A DNA stretch of 64,000 nt from an uncultured Chloroflexia bacterium (GTDB lineage Bacteria > Chloroflexota > Chloroflexia > Thermomicrobiales > UBA6265): positions 1 to 64,000 of the forward strand of contig CAVRUC010000012.1 in NCBI GenBank assembly GCA_963724295.1, in the 5' to 3' direction. The notes under the pieces were generated by a model. That model worked only from the letters and a program-made list of their open reading frames with translations, did not search any database and was not told the DNA's origin. Positions 49,745-59,440 of this stretch are shown here, in pieces. Within the stretch, counting starts at the first letter, position 1, and the number at the start of each line of letters is the position of its first letter. Position numbers and translations under genes: made by a program.

Positions 49745-52258
49745 GTGGCCAACTCATTGCCGCTTCACCATGCCCATGTCCTGCCTCTGGTGCGCACCTC
49801 GCTCGTGGGGCGGGAGGGGGAGGTTGCCGCCGCGCGAGCGGCCCTGCTCGATGAGGCCGCCCCGCTTCTCACCCTCACCGGACCGGGTGGTGTCGGGAAG
49901 ACTCGCCTGGCACTTGCCGTGGCCCACGCCGTGGCGGAGCAGTTTGTCGACGGCGTGGTCTTCGTCGATCTGGCCGCCCTCGGCGATCCGGCGCTGCTAC
50001 CGGCTACCGTCGCCACTGCGCTCGGAGCGACTCCTGGACTCCAACAGTCCCTCATCCAGGCTAGCGTCGAGTATCTGCACTTGAGGCAACTGCTGCTCGT
50101 GCTCGACAACTGCGACCATCTCCTGGCGGCGGCTGGCGAGTTGACGTCGGCACTCCTGATCGGATGTCCGGCCGTGCAGGTCCTCGCGACCAGCCGGGCG
50201 CCGCTCCGGGTACGGGGTGAGCAGAAGCTACCGGTCGAGCCCCTGCCGCTGCCGGCTAGTGACACCCTCCTTTCCTTGAAGGAGCTGGCTCGAAACGAGG
50301 CGGTCCGTCTGTTTGTTGAGCGCGCGCGCGAAGCGGATCCAGCCGTCCGCCTCGATCTCGAAGCCGCGGGCGCAATCGCGGAAATCTGCCACCGCCTGGA
50401 CGGACTCCCGCTTGCGATCGAGCTGGCTGCCGCGCGGGTCACCGTGCTGCCACCGGCGGCACTCCTGACACGTCTGCAACAGTGTCTTCCGCTCCTGACA
50501 GATGGTCCGCGTGATGCGCCAGAACGGCAGCGGACGCTGCGCGACACGATCGCCTGGAGCTATGACCTGCTCGCGGATGAAGAGCAGCGACTCTTTCGCT
50601 GGCTGTCGGTATTCGTCGGCGGATTCACCTTCGAGGCGGCAGAGGCTTTCGCGGTCACCGCTGATCTCAGCGGTGATGTGCTGGCGCGGATCACCGCGCT
50701 CGTCGACCACAGCCTGCTGCGCAGAAGGACGGGAGCGGACGGGACGGCGCGCTACATCATGCTGGAGACCGTCCGCGAGTTCGGGCTGGAGCAGCTGGCG
50801 GCGAGTGGCGAGACCGACGCCGCGCGGGCGGCACACGCGAGCCATATCCGGGATCTCATTGCTCAGGCAGAACCGGCGCTGCTGGACCGGGAGGCCTCCC
50901 GGCGGTGGCTGGGACGTCTCGATAACGAGCGTGGCAATCTGCGAGTCGCCTTGACGTGGTGGTTGAAGCGCGGGGAGTCGGAAGCCGCGCTGATGACGGC
51001 TGGGGCGCTGGTCGCGTACTGGTGGTTCCGTAGCGACTTCGCCGAAGCGCGATCCTGGTGCGAGCGCGCTCTGGCGCTCGCGGTTGATGTGGCGTATGCG
51101 GAGAACCCACTCTCCACCCACTATGGCGCGTGCGTCCTTGCGAGCAACGAGGGGAATTACGACCGTGCAGTGGCAGCCGGGGAGGCTATGTTGCACGCGG
51201 CGAGAGCGAGCGGCGACGCGGTCGGCACGATTCGCGCCCACTATGGACTCTGCCATGCCGCGCGTCGCCAGGGCGATGAGGAACACGCCCTATCGCACGC
51301 GCTCGCGGCCATCGCCGAGGCGCGGGAAGCGGTCGCGCAGGAAGCGATCTCACCCATCTGGTTGGCCTGGACGCTCTCCTTCCTGGGCGAGTCTCCGGAC
51401 ATCGTGGGCAACGAACGCGCGGAAACCGCCGCGGAGGAGGCGCTCTCCATCTTCCGTCAGCTCGGGAACGCCTGGGGGCAGGCCAACACCCTACAAGTAC
51501 TGGCCATCTCCGCCCTCGAGCACGCTGATATCCGCGACTCCGTGAAGCTTCTGGCTGAATCGATCACCTTGCGGCGGTCCATTGGGGAGCGCTTTGGTGC
51601 GGTCGAAGGTCTCATGGCCTCTGCTGGGGTCGTCATGCGCACCGGCCACTTCGACGATGCCGCGCGCTTCATCGGCGCGGCCGAAGCGTGGGCTGACGGC
51701 CTCGGCGTTGCCTATCACAGCCCCCCGTATTTGCATTGGGATCGCACGGTGGCAACGGTGCGGTCGACGCTCGGCGACACGCGCTTCGCGGCAACCCGGG
51801 CGGAAGGCGCCGGCATGTCGTGGTCCGCTGCGTTGACCGAAGCGCGGAGACTGCTCGAGGAGATCGCGGCAGCAGACCCGGCGACGGCGGTGTGCTCGAG
51901 CGGTCTCCAGCAGGAATCAAGCCCGAGAACGTCCGGGGCCATGCGGGAGGATGCCAATCGTACCGGGTCCGCCGAGCAGCTCATGAGCTCGACCATCCTG
52001 GCGCACCCGGCCCCGGCGGCAATCCCGGCATTCAACCAATCGCCGCTAGAGACACCACCACCAGGCAGTGATCTCACCTTGCGTGAGCGGGAAGTGCTCG
52101 ACCTTCTTTGCCAGCGCTTCTCCAACCCCGAGATTGCCGATCAGCTCTACATCGGCACGCGCACGGTCGAGTTTCACGTCACCAACATCATCGGCAAGCT
52201 GGGAGCCGCCAATCGGCGCGACGCCGCCGCTCTCGCCGTCCGTCTCGGCCTCGTGTAG
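49745..52258 (+). CDS. STAND/NB-ARC-type ATPase-TPR-LuxR transcriptional regulator
   Basis: LVGRE, GPGGVGKT, LLVLDNCDH, ATSR, LDGLPLAIELAA, C-terminal LuxR HTH. Confidence 0.95.
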   Translation: MANSLPLHHAHVLPLVRTSLVGREGEVAAARAALLDEAAPLLTLTGPGGVGKTRLALAVAHAVAEQFVDGVVFVDLAALGDPALLPATVATALGATPGLQQSLIQASVEYLHLRQLLLVLDNCDHLLAAAGELTSALLIGCPAVQVLATSRAPLRVRGEQKLPVEPLPLPASDTLLSLKELARNEAVRLFVERAREADPAVRLDLEAAGAIAEICHRLDGLPLAIELAAARVTVLPPAALLTRLQQCLPLLTDGPRDAPERQRTLRDTIAWSYDLLADEEQRLFRWLSVFVGGFTFEAAEAFAVTADLSGDVLARITALVDHSLLRRRTGADGTARYIMLETVREFGLEQLAASGETDAARAAHASHIRDLIAQAEPALLDREASRRWLGRLDNERGNLRVALTWWLKRGESEAALMTAGALVAYWWFRSDFAEARSWCERALALAVDVAYAENPLSTHYGACVLASNEGNYDRAVAAGEAMLHAARASGDAVGTIRAHYGLCHAARRQGDEEHALSHALAAIAEAREAVAQEAISPIWLAWTLSFLGESPDIVGNERAETAAEEALSIFRQLGNAWGQANTLQVLAISALEHADIRDSVKLLAESITLRRSIGERFGAVEGLMASAGVVMRTGHFDDAARFIGAAEAWADGLGVAYHSPPYLHWDRTVATVRSTLGDTRFAATRAEGAGMSWSAALTEARRLLEEIAAADPATAVCSSGLQQESSPRTSGAMREDANRTGSAEQLMSSTILAHPAPAAIPAFNQSPLETPPPGSDLTLREREVLDLLCQRFSNPEIADQLYIGTRTVEFHVTNIIGKLGAANRRDAAALAVRLGLV

Positions 52259-52272
52259 CGCCAGTCACCTGG

Positions 52273-52305
52273 AAACCCCGTAGAGATCCCCGTACCCAGT
52301 ACGGG
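52273..52305 (+). promoter_or_regulatory. CCCGTAC box plus third half-site (site E)
   Basis: aaacCCCGTAGagatcCCCGTACccaGTACGGG. Confidence 0.75.
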
Positions 52306-52489
52306 TGTGGACCGCGCGCAGCGCGTCCATCATCGACGCATGCCCAGGAGCATCGGTGAGGTGAACCGGTCGGAGTAGGGCACTGCCGAACAACGTCACG
52401 GGGATTCGCCACAGGAGATCACCGCCGAGGACATGGCAACGATGCCGCGTGCCGGCGATCCAGGCGACGCGCGACAGGAGGAGCAGGAT

Positions 52490-53146
52490 ATGGACGATCA
52501 TCGATTTGATGCCCTGACACGATGGGTGGACACCAGTCAATCCCGGCGTGGCGTGTTGCGCACCTTGGCTGGCTCGGCCCTCGGCGCTGCCTTGGGTTTG
52601 GGCGCGCTGCGGAAGGCGGATGCGGCCATCAAGCCCGCCAACGCCAAGTGTAGTAGCGACGCGCAGTGTGCCAGTGGCACCTGCATCCAGTACGGCAAAT
52701 GCAAGAAGGCTGGCAAGCTGACCGGCAAGTGCCGCTGCTCCTGCACCGAGACGGCCCTCTGTCCGACGGGCAAGAGTTGTCGGAACGGGGCGTGTTTCGG
52801 CGCGTGCTCGGACCCTCTTACCTGCTCCGACGGCGAGGGCGCGGGATGCGGTCGCGGCTGTGTTTGCGGGGCCACGGATCTCGGCGACTCGTGCATGGGG
52901 GGCACGGTCCTCTGCGACGGGGTCAACACCTGCGCGACGAGTGCGGACTGCCCAACCGGGTCGGTCTGTTTGGACTTGGGCGGCGAATGCTTGGGTGACT
53001 GTTTTGCCCAGCTCTGCGCCAACCCGTGCGGGCAAGGGTTTCGCCTCCCCACAACATCGAGTCCGGCAACGGCGGCGAGTCGACGGTCTGGTCGAAGCGC
53101 TGACGAGCAGGACGTCGGAGACATTCTTCACGACCGACGCCACTAG
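52490..53146 (+). CDS. Tat-like exported Cys-rich protein
   Basis: AGGAGG RBS; MDDHRFDALTR...SRRGVLR leader; many Cys. Confidence 0.85.
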   Translation: MDDHRFDALTRWVDTSQSRRGVLRTLAGSALGAALGLGALRKADAAIKPANAKCSSDAQCASGTCIQYGKCKKAGKLTGKCRCSCTETALCPTGKSCRNGACFGACSDPLTCSDGEGAGCGRGCVCGATDLGDSCMGGTVLCDGVNTCATSADCPTGSVCLDLGGECLGDCFAQLCANPCGQGFRLPTTSSPATAASRRSGRSADEQDVGDILHDRRH

Positions 53147-53337
53147 GGACCGATAGGGCGTCTCGGGACCTGAAGCGATGGGTGCTGCTGTCGAATAAGG
53201 GCACGTGAGCGCGAGGCTTTCCGGGGCGGACTCGCAGGCACCGCACCCGGCGCCGACCGAGGCACCGGGTGCGGTGCTTAACGGTGAGGCGATGGCAATT
53301 CTCCGGTGCGACGACGATGACGAGTTGGAGACGACCG

Positions 53338-55260
53338 ATGGAACCAACCCACCTCGATGCCCTGGCCCGCACCCTGAGCCGTGCTGGATCGCGCCGAGCT
53401 GGCCTGCGGGTCCTGCTCGGCACCCTCCTCGGGGGGGGGCTGCTGGGGCCATCGCTCGATGCTCTCGCCGCACCCGGCAAAGCGAAGGGGAAGGGCAACG
53501 GGGGTGACGGCACGAAGCAGGACTGCCACCCGCGTAACGAGGCCACTACAAAGAACCGCAAGAAGGACCACGTAACGCCGCCGACGCCGGACCCGAGGGA
53601 CGAGCAGGCGCCGGAGCCAGGCGAGACGGCAGCGCCGGAGCGCGGCGAGACGAACGACGGCCAGAGGCGCAACGGCGCGACCGGCACGAACCAGCTCGCA
53701 GACCGGAAGCAGGCCACGCGCAAGGCGCACTCCCCGGACCCGGCGGACGAACGGACACTTGGCCTGCGTGACGAACAGACGCCTGACGCGGCTGACGAGG
53801 CGGCGCTGCGGGAGAGCGCCGAGGTGAGCGCCACCACCTGCCTGCCCCCGGGAGCCAAGCCCTGCCGGAAAGGGAGCCAGTGCTGCTCCGGCCGGTGCAA
53901 CAAGAAGAAGCGGAAGTGTCTGCCGTGCCTAAGCGGGACCGAGTACTGCGCCCCGCAGCAGGCCTGCGTGACCGTGGGGGAATGCCGGTGTCCATACGGG
54001 GAGACCGTCTGCGCACAGGGATGTAAGTTCACGAGCGTGTCAGCGGCGATTGCGGCCACCCCGAGCGGCGGAACCATCAGGGTGCTCCCTGGGACCTATG
54101 ACGCCGATCTCGTGGTGAGCAAGAACCTCACCCTGACGCGCTGCGGAGACTCAGGAGACGTGATCCTGCGCAACAAGACGTCTGACGCGCGCGCGGTGAC
54201 CGTTAGATCTGGGGTCACCGCCACGCTCAAAGATCTTACGATCTCGCGCCAGCCGGCATTTGACTATGGCGGCGGCGTCCTGAACCAAGGCGTGCTGAGT
54301 CTCGACGGCTGCACCGTTAGCGACAACCGCAGTCCCGGCGGCGGGGGTGTCCACAACGACGACGGAACGCTCAGCATCTCCCAGTCGACGTTCACCGGGA
54401 ATACGGGCCACCAAGGCGGTGCCGTCTTTAGCATTGGCGACCTGACGATCACCGATTCCACCTTTGGTGCCAATGCGGCGACGTTCGAAGGGGGCGGAAT
54501 CTTCGCCGGTCGCACTTTGTCGCTGCAGCGGTGTGAGATGCGTGGCAATACGGCCAGGGTCCGTGGCGGCGGTCTCTCAACAATCGGGGACGGCACAGCC
54601 ACACTGGCCGACTGCGCGATCACGGGCAATACCGCAGGCTCCTATGGTGGTGGCGTCTCGGTCAACGCCGGCGGCCGGCTCATCATGCAGAACTGCACCA
54701 TTCTGGAAAACACCACGCAACAGGACTCGACCAACCAGGAGGGTGGTGGGCTCTCCCTAGGCCCCGGCGAGGCCACGCTCACCGGTTGTACTATCAGTCG
54801 CAATAGAGCGCACAAACGGGGCGGTGGCATCCATAGCAACGGGAGTTTGGGACTGCAGGACTGCACCATAAGCGACAACGACGCCGATGAAGAGGGCGGA
54901 GGCATCTATAACGCTGGCGCGACTATCACCGTCTCCACCGGAGATGGCACCGGGATTCGGAACAATCGGGCGCGCTCTGGTGCGGGGATCTATAACAGTC
55001 AGGGGACCGTCTCGCTTGCCAGCTGCGCCATTGATCGTAATGAGGCAGCCCTCGTGGGCGGGGGCATCGACGCTGAAGCAGGCAGCATTACGTTTGTGGC
55101 AGGCGGCGGGAGCAGCGTCACAAACAACACCGCGGGTATCCGTGGCGGCGGCATTCTCGCCCGGGCCCAAGCAACGGTGACCCTGAATGACAACACCGTC
55201 TCTGGCAACGCACCGGACAATTGCAGTGCAGACTCACCAATTGCCGGGTGCAGCGGATGA
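53338..55260 (+). CDS. Exported protein with a Cys-rich segment and right-handed beta-helix (Pmp-like GGG(I/V) repeats)
   Basis: MEPTHLDALAR...SRRAGLR leader, CCSGRC, PGTY, repeated N.A...GGG(I/V/L). Confidence 0.88.
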   Translation: MEPTHLDALARTLSRAGSRRAGLRVLLGTLLGGGLLGPSLDALAAPGKAKGKGNGGDGTKQDCHPRNEATTKNRKKDHVTPPTPDPRDEQAPEPGETAAPERGETNDGQRRNGATGTNQLADRKQATRKAHSPDPADERTLGLRDEQTPDAADEAALRESAEVSATTCLPPGAKPCRKGSQCCSGRCNKKKRKCLPCLSGTEYCAPQQACVTVGECRCPYGETVCAQGCKFTSVSAAIAATPSGGTIRVLPGTYDADLVVSKNLTLTRCGDSGDVILRNKTSDARAVTVRSGVTATLKDLTISRQPAFDYGGGVLNQGVLSLDGCTVSDNRSPGGGGVHNDDGTLSISQSTFTGNTGHQGGAVFSIGDLTITDSTFGANAATFEGGGIFAGRTLSLQRCEMRGNTARVRGGGLSTIGDGTATLADCAITGNTAGSYGGGVSVNAGGRLIMQNCTILENTTQQDSTNQEGGGLSLGPGEATLTGCTISRNRAHKRGGGIHSNGSLGLQDCTISDNDADEEGGGIYNAGATITVSTGDGTGIRNNRARSGAGIYNSQGTVSLASCAIDRNEAALVGGGIDAEAGSITFVAGGGSSVTNNTAGIRGGGILARAQATVTLNDNTVSGNAPDNCSADSPIAGCSG

Positions 55261-55457
55261 CAGATAAAAATACCTAATCCAGCGGTGCATGGGTCATGTC
55301 GAACAGGTGACCAGGACCGCGCAAGTTGCCCTGCAGTTCGTCGGTGAGCCCGGCGCTCGCGGCAAGCGCCTGCCGCTGAGCAATTGTGTCCTCGTCCATG
55401 CTCCACTGACCTACCAGCATGCCCCTGAGAACGGACTGCCACGAGGCAATGCTTGGC

Positions 55458-55526
55458 ATCGGCAAGCTGGGAGCGGCCAACCGCCGCGAGGCGGCCGCTA
55501 TCGCCGTCCGTCTCGGCTTCATCTGA
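55458..55526 (+). pseudogene. Remnant of a LuxR regulator C-terminus
   Basis: Encodes IGKLGAANRREAAAIAVRLGFI-stop, near-identical in DNA to about 52190-52258. Confidence 0.85.
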
Positions 55527-55544
55527 CACGATCCCTTTTCTGCG

Positions 55545-55577
55545 AAAACCCGTACCTATCCCCGTACCGGGTACGGG
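55545..55577 (+). promoter_or_regulatory. CCCGTAC box plus third half-site (site F)
   Basis: aaaaCCCGTACctatcCCCGTACcggGTACGGG. Confidence 0.75.
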
Positions 55578-55834
55578 GTGAGCTCGTGATGCCGGATGCA
55601 GGATGAGCATGCCTGAGGCGAAAGCTCTCAGGGTGGTCATGAGGCATCTCGCAACAGGAGCGCTCGATTGAGACCGACCACGCGCACATTTCGACCGAAC
55701 GACTCACCGAGACGGGAGGCAGACGCTCCGGATTGCTGTAGTTTTGGATGCGGCTCCATCAGACCGAAGTGATCGCCTGGGCACAGCATCGACCGATAGG
55801 CGCCGACCGTCCCGTCGGGATGAGGAGGAACCCG

Positions 55835-56950
55835 ATGACCGATACGCCACCCGAACCTCGCTTCACTTGGCGCGACGTGGAGCAGTGGGCGGATCATGGG
55901 CTGATTCGACCCGACCAGATGACGGCGATCCGCGCCCACGTCGCCAGGGTTCCCGGCCCGACCCCGCCTGCAGGAGGCCCCGACGACGTGGATATCACTC
56001 GTCGGCCAGTGCGTGAGGAGCACCGGGCCGGTCTCAACCTGGTGACCATCGCCTACTACTTTGGCGCGTTCATGATCCTGCTGGCCTACACCATCTTCCT
56101 CGGCCTGCAGTGGGATGAGCTCGGACGCGGCGGGCAGGTGGTCGCCGCCTGCGGCACGGTAGCCGGATTGTGGGTGATAGGCGGATTTCTGCGAGGTCGA
56201 GGCTATCCCCTGGCGGGGAATCTCCTGATCTTCGCGGGCACGGGGGTCACGGCACTTGCCGTCTATTCCGTGCTGCGATTCGCCGGTCTCTGGCCGGAGT
56301 CGCCCGAAGCCGAGATCTACCGCGACTTCTATCGGACCATCGACGGCAACTGGGTGATCCTTGAGGTGATCTGCATCGCCGTCGCCCTCGCCATCGCCTG
56401 GTGGATCAGGTTCCCGCTTCTGACGCTGTTGATCGGGTTCTGGGGGTGGTACCTCTCGATGGATCTGACAGAGGCGATCACTGGGCATGACGACTTCGCC
56501 TGGGGGCCGGTGGAGTGGTCCGTCGGGGCGGCAGTTGGTCTCGTGATGCTGGCGATCGGCGTCTGGCTGCAGCGGCGGCGCGACGCGCAGGAGTGGAGCC
56601 TCTGGTTCTACATCTTTGGCCATGTCGCCGTGCTCGGCAACCTGGGGGCGCTGGCGCTTGACGATGGTCCCGTGCTGGGCCTGCTATTCCTGGCCATTTA
56701 CCTTGGGTTCGTCGTCGCCAGCGTTTGGCTTCAGTCGCGGGTCTTCCTGGTATTCGGCGCCCTGGGCTGTTACGCCTACGTCTCCAAGCTGGCGTTCGAC
56801 GTCTTTGCCGGGTCGCTCGGTTTTGTCTTCGGGCTCGCCCTGGTCGGATTGCTGATTGTCCTTTCAGCTGTCGGATATCAGCGATACGTGCAACCCTGGC
56901 TTACTCGACAATTGGCGCCTGCCGCTGGTGAGAGGTCTGCAGCGACGTGA
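55835..56950 (+). CDS. Multi-pass membrane protein (DUF2157-like)
   Basis: GAGGAGG RBS; W...GLI..DQ...I N-terminus, IAYYFGA, many TM helices. Confidence 0.8.
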   Translation: MTDTPPEPRFTWRDVEQWADHGLIRPDQMTAIRAHVARVPGPTPPAGGPDDVDITRRPVREEHRAGLNLVTIAYYFGAFMILLAYTIFLGLQWDELGRGGQVVAACGTVAGLWVIGGFLRGRGYPLAGNLLIFAGTGVTALAVYSVLRFAGLWPESPEAEIYRDFYRTIDGNWVILEVICIAVALAIAWWIRFPLLTLLIGFWGWYLSMDLTEAITGHDDFAWGPVEWSVGAAVGLVMLAIGVWLQRRRDAQEWSLWFYIFGHVAVLGNLGALALDDGPVLGLLFLAIYLGFVVASVWLQSRVFLVFGALGCYAYVSKLAFDVFAGSLGFVFGLALVGLLIVLSAVGYQRYVQPWLTRQLAPAAGERSAAT

Positions 56951-57015
56951 CGGAGGTGGCGACAGGCAGCCCCTTTCAGTGAGGATTTGGTGGGATGGCG
57001 TCTTGCAGCGCACTC

Positions 57016-57555
57016 TCAGCTGCGCGGCTCGTAGACCTTGCGCGCATAGGCCACATCGAAGCGGCCGGGAGTTGGCAGTGAGCCCCACACGCATGACGTC
57101 CGCGGCCGGCGATGATACCGGTCCTTGATACCTGTCACGGCGTGCATCAGCTCGTGGCAGATCGTGTTGGTCGCCTGGCTGGTGTTGAGGTACAGCCTGT
57201 CGTTGAGCATGACGCGGGTCTCGACGATAGTCGTGCCGTCGTGCAGGACGCCGGTCATCCCCACGAAGGGGGCCGCCGGCACCGAGCAGACGATGATCGC
57301 GCCGACGATGGGGCGAGGATTCAGGTCCTGGCAGGCGCGCTCCGGCATGCGGCGATAGACCAGCCGCGGGGTCGGCTCCGGCAGCATGCTGTTGAACTCG
57401 TCGATCATCTCCTCGACAAGACCAGTCCACTTCGCAGCGCTGTAATCGAGCACGCGGACCGATTTCCTGGCCCATATCGTCGGAGCCGCCAGGGCATCAG
57501 GGGCCAGCAGCAGAACACAGAGCGTCAACACGAACGCGCGTACCATGCCGCGCAT
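57016..57555 (-). CDS. Secreted zinc metalloprotease-like protein (matrixin-like)
   Basis: Signal peptide; TICHELMHAV (HExxH); SCVWG. Confidence 0.6.
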   Translation of the reverse strand: MRGMVRAFVLTLCVLLLAPDALAAPTIWARKSVRVLDYSAAKWTGLVEEMIDEFNSMLPEPTPRLVYRRMPERACQDLNPRPIVGAIIVCSVPAAPFVGMTGVLHDGTTIVETRVMLNDRLYLNTSQATNTICHELMHAVTGIKDRYHRRPRTSCVWGSLPTPGRFDVAYARKVYEPRS

Positions 57556-57812
57556 TCTCGCACTACACCGCCGAGATCGCCGGTGCCGCGGCGCCTGCGC
57601 CAGATAACGCACATCGACCTCGCTTCCGACGAGCGTGTGCAGGCCCTCTTTATGCGTAGTTTCTGGTGCGTCAGAGCGGGAGCGGGGTACAAAAGGAAAC
57701 CTGTTCCGTGATTCAGACGTTGTAGTGGGTAGAGTCGGCACAGATGTGGCGGGAGCGTCAGCGTGGGTCGAGACGACTGCTGTCCGCGCTGCCCCGCGTG
57801 GGAAGGGGATCC

Positions 57813-58640
57813 ATGAAATTGCACTTACATTTGCACGTTCGGAGGTTCATCACTGTTCTTGGCTTGGGCGTTGGTCTCGTCGCATTCAGCGGCGTCGCCC
57901 TGGCCCAGGAGACCGTTGCCCCGACGATTAATGCGGATGGCAGCGCCGGCAGGTCAGACGCCGGGATCAACCCGGCGGTCGACGCGGACGGACCGACGCT
58001 TGTCTACGGCGATATCCCAGGGGGCACCGTGATCGGCCCTCCCACGGAGGGAGCGGCTCCGGTCCCATCAGACGTGGTCTATGTTCCGCCCGGGACGAAC
58101 GGAGATATCACGGCGACGGACGGCAACGCGTCAACCCTGGGGCCTGGCGATGCCTCGGCCGCGCCGGGGACGGTGACGGGGGGCTCCGGCACGGCGCTGC
58201 TTGGTCCGGATGGCACGTACACCGTCACCGAGGTCTCGCCCTCGGACGTGACCGTCGGTGAGTCGGCCGTGGTGGCGCCCGAGCCGGTGTATGAACCAGC
58301 GCCCGAGGCGGTCGCCGCGCCGGTGGAGACCGCCGCGCCGGTGGAGACCGATACCGCGGTCGCCGATACGGCCGCGGCCAGCGACGTCGACTCAGATAGT
58401 GACAACCTTCTCGATGCGGCGGAGCTGGAAGTCGGACTCGACCCCTATAACCCGGACGTCGATGGCGACGGGGTCGCCGACGGTGACGAGGTCAACATCT
58501 ACTTCACCGATCCCTGGTACTGGGACTCGGACGGCGATGGCATCTCCGATGGCGAAGAGCTCTTCGGCATTCTGACCAATCCCCTCGCCTGGGACACGGA
58601 TGGCGATGGCTTCGGGGATGGAGAGACCGTCGTCGTCTGA
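57813..58640 (+). CDS. Secreted acidic protein with thrombospondin-3-like Ca-binding repeats
   Basis: Signal peptide; DSDSDNLLD, DVDGDGVADGDE, DSDGDGISDGEE, DTDGDGFGDGE. Confidence 0.88.
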   Translation: MKLHLHLHVRRFITVLGLGVGLVAFSGVALAQETVAPTINADGSAGRSDAGINPAVDADGPTLVYGDIPGGTVIGPPTEGAAPVPSDVVYVPPGTNGDITATDGNASTLGPGDASAAPGTVTGGSGTALLGPDGTYTVTEVSPSDVTVGESAVVAPEPVYEPAPEAVAAPVETAAPVETDTAVADTAAASDVDSDSDNLLDAAELEVGLDPYNPDVDGDGVADGDEVNIYFTDPWYWDSDGDGISDGEELFGILTNPLAWDTDGDGFGDGETVVV

Positions 58641-58732
58641 CGCCGCATCGGCGATGCGGTTGGTCCCAGAGGGATCGCTCATCGCCCGTCCACCGAACCG
58701 AATTTGAAGCAGATGGCATGGCGGCGCTCACC

Positions 58733-59125
58733 TCAGCCGCCATGCCACCAGCGGCCGGCTACCAGACTGCCTATGGCGGCCAGGGTAGCCACGCCCGCAT
58801 CGAGCACGGTTGCGCCAATCGCCACGATCAGACCCACGGCCGCCTGCTGGCGTTGCGATGGGGGTCTTCTCAGATAGTCGACGACCGAGAAGGCGAGCAT
58901 CGTCACGACGATGACCAGGAACAGGCTGAGCACCCACCACCATGTACGCAGCCAGAAACCAACGAGCAAGGCCAGTCCAGGCGGGATGACGAACCGGAGC
59001 CACGCGGCGACCTCCTGCACGCGCCGGTTCGCGTTGTTCGGCCGCCGCTCGAGCAGAGCAAAGGCCACATTGATGCCCCAGATGGCAACGGCGTAGCCAA
59101 TCGTCCAGCCGAGCCAGCCCGGCAC
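58733..59125 (-). CDS. Small membrane protein
   Basis: Four hydrophobic segments. Confidence 0.6.
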   Translation of the reverse strand: MPGWLGWTIGYAVAIWGINVAFALLERRPNNANRRVQEVAAWLRFVIPPGLALLVGFWLRTWWWVLSLFLVIVVTMLAFSVVDYLRRPPSQRQQAAVGLIVAIGATVLDAGVATLAAIGSLVAGRWWHGG

Positions 59126-59187
59126 TATTGAACGCCTTGAGTCAGCGCGGCTCCCACTCGGGATCGTCCTACGTCCACCTCGGCGGA

Positions 59188-59360
59188 GGTGTCATTCCGA
59201 GCCCGCAGGCGAACTGCAAGTTGCAGAATCTCGGCTATCACGAGCTGATGCGCCAAACGACGAGATTCCTCGTACGCTGTGCAGACCTGAGACAGGGGTA
59301 ACAGCCGTTCGGAGACATGGGTAACACCGGATGCGGCATGCTGGGCCTCGGAATGACACC
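59188..59360. repeat. REP-like element TGTCATTCCGAG...CTCGGAATGACA
   Basis: Terminal inverted repeat with inner GAATCTCG/CGAGATTC pair. Confidence 0.65.
59278..59326. mobile_element. Isolated IS481-like terminal sequence
   Basis: Starts TGT and carries two GAGACA(G/T)GGGTAACA repeats; no transposase adjacent. Confidence 0.55.
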
Positions 59361-59440
59361 CATCCCCTGGCGCGACACCTAGAATGACAGCGTATCTGGG
59401 ACGTCCTCGAACAATTAGCCTATAGCCGCTAGCGCCGTCA

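Noticed and set aside
40721..55577. CCCGTAC repeats or the microrepeats as a CRISPR array
   Set aside because: Dispersed, with no regular repeat-spacer period and no cas genes
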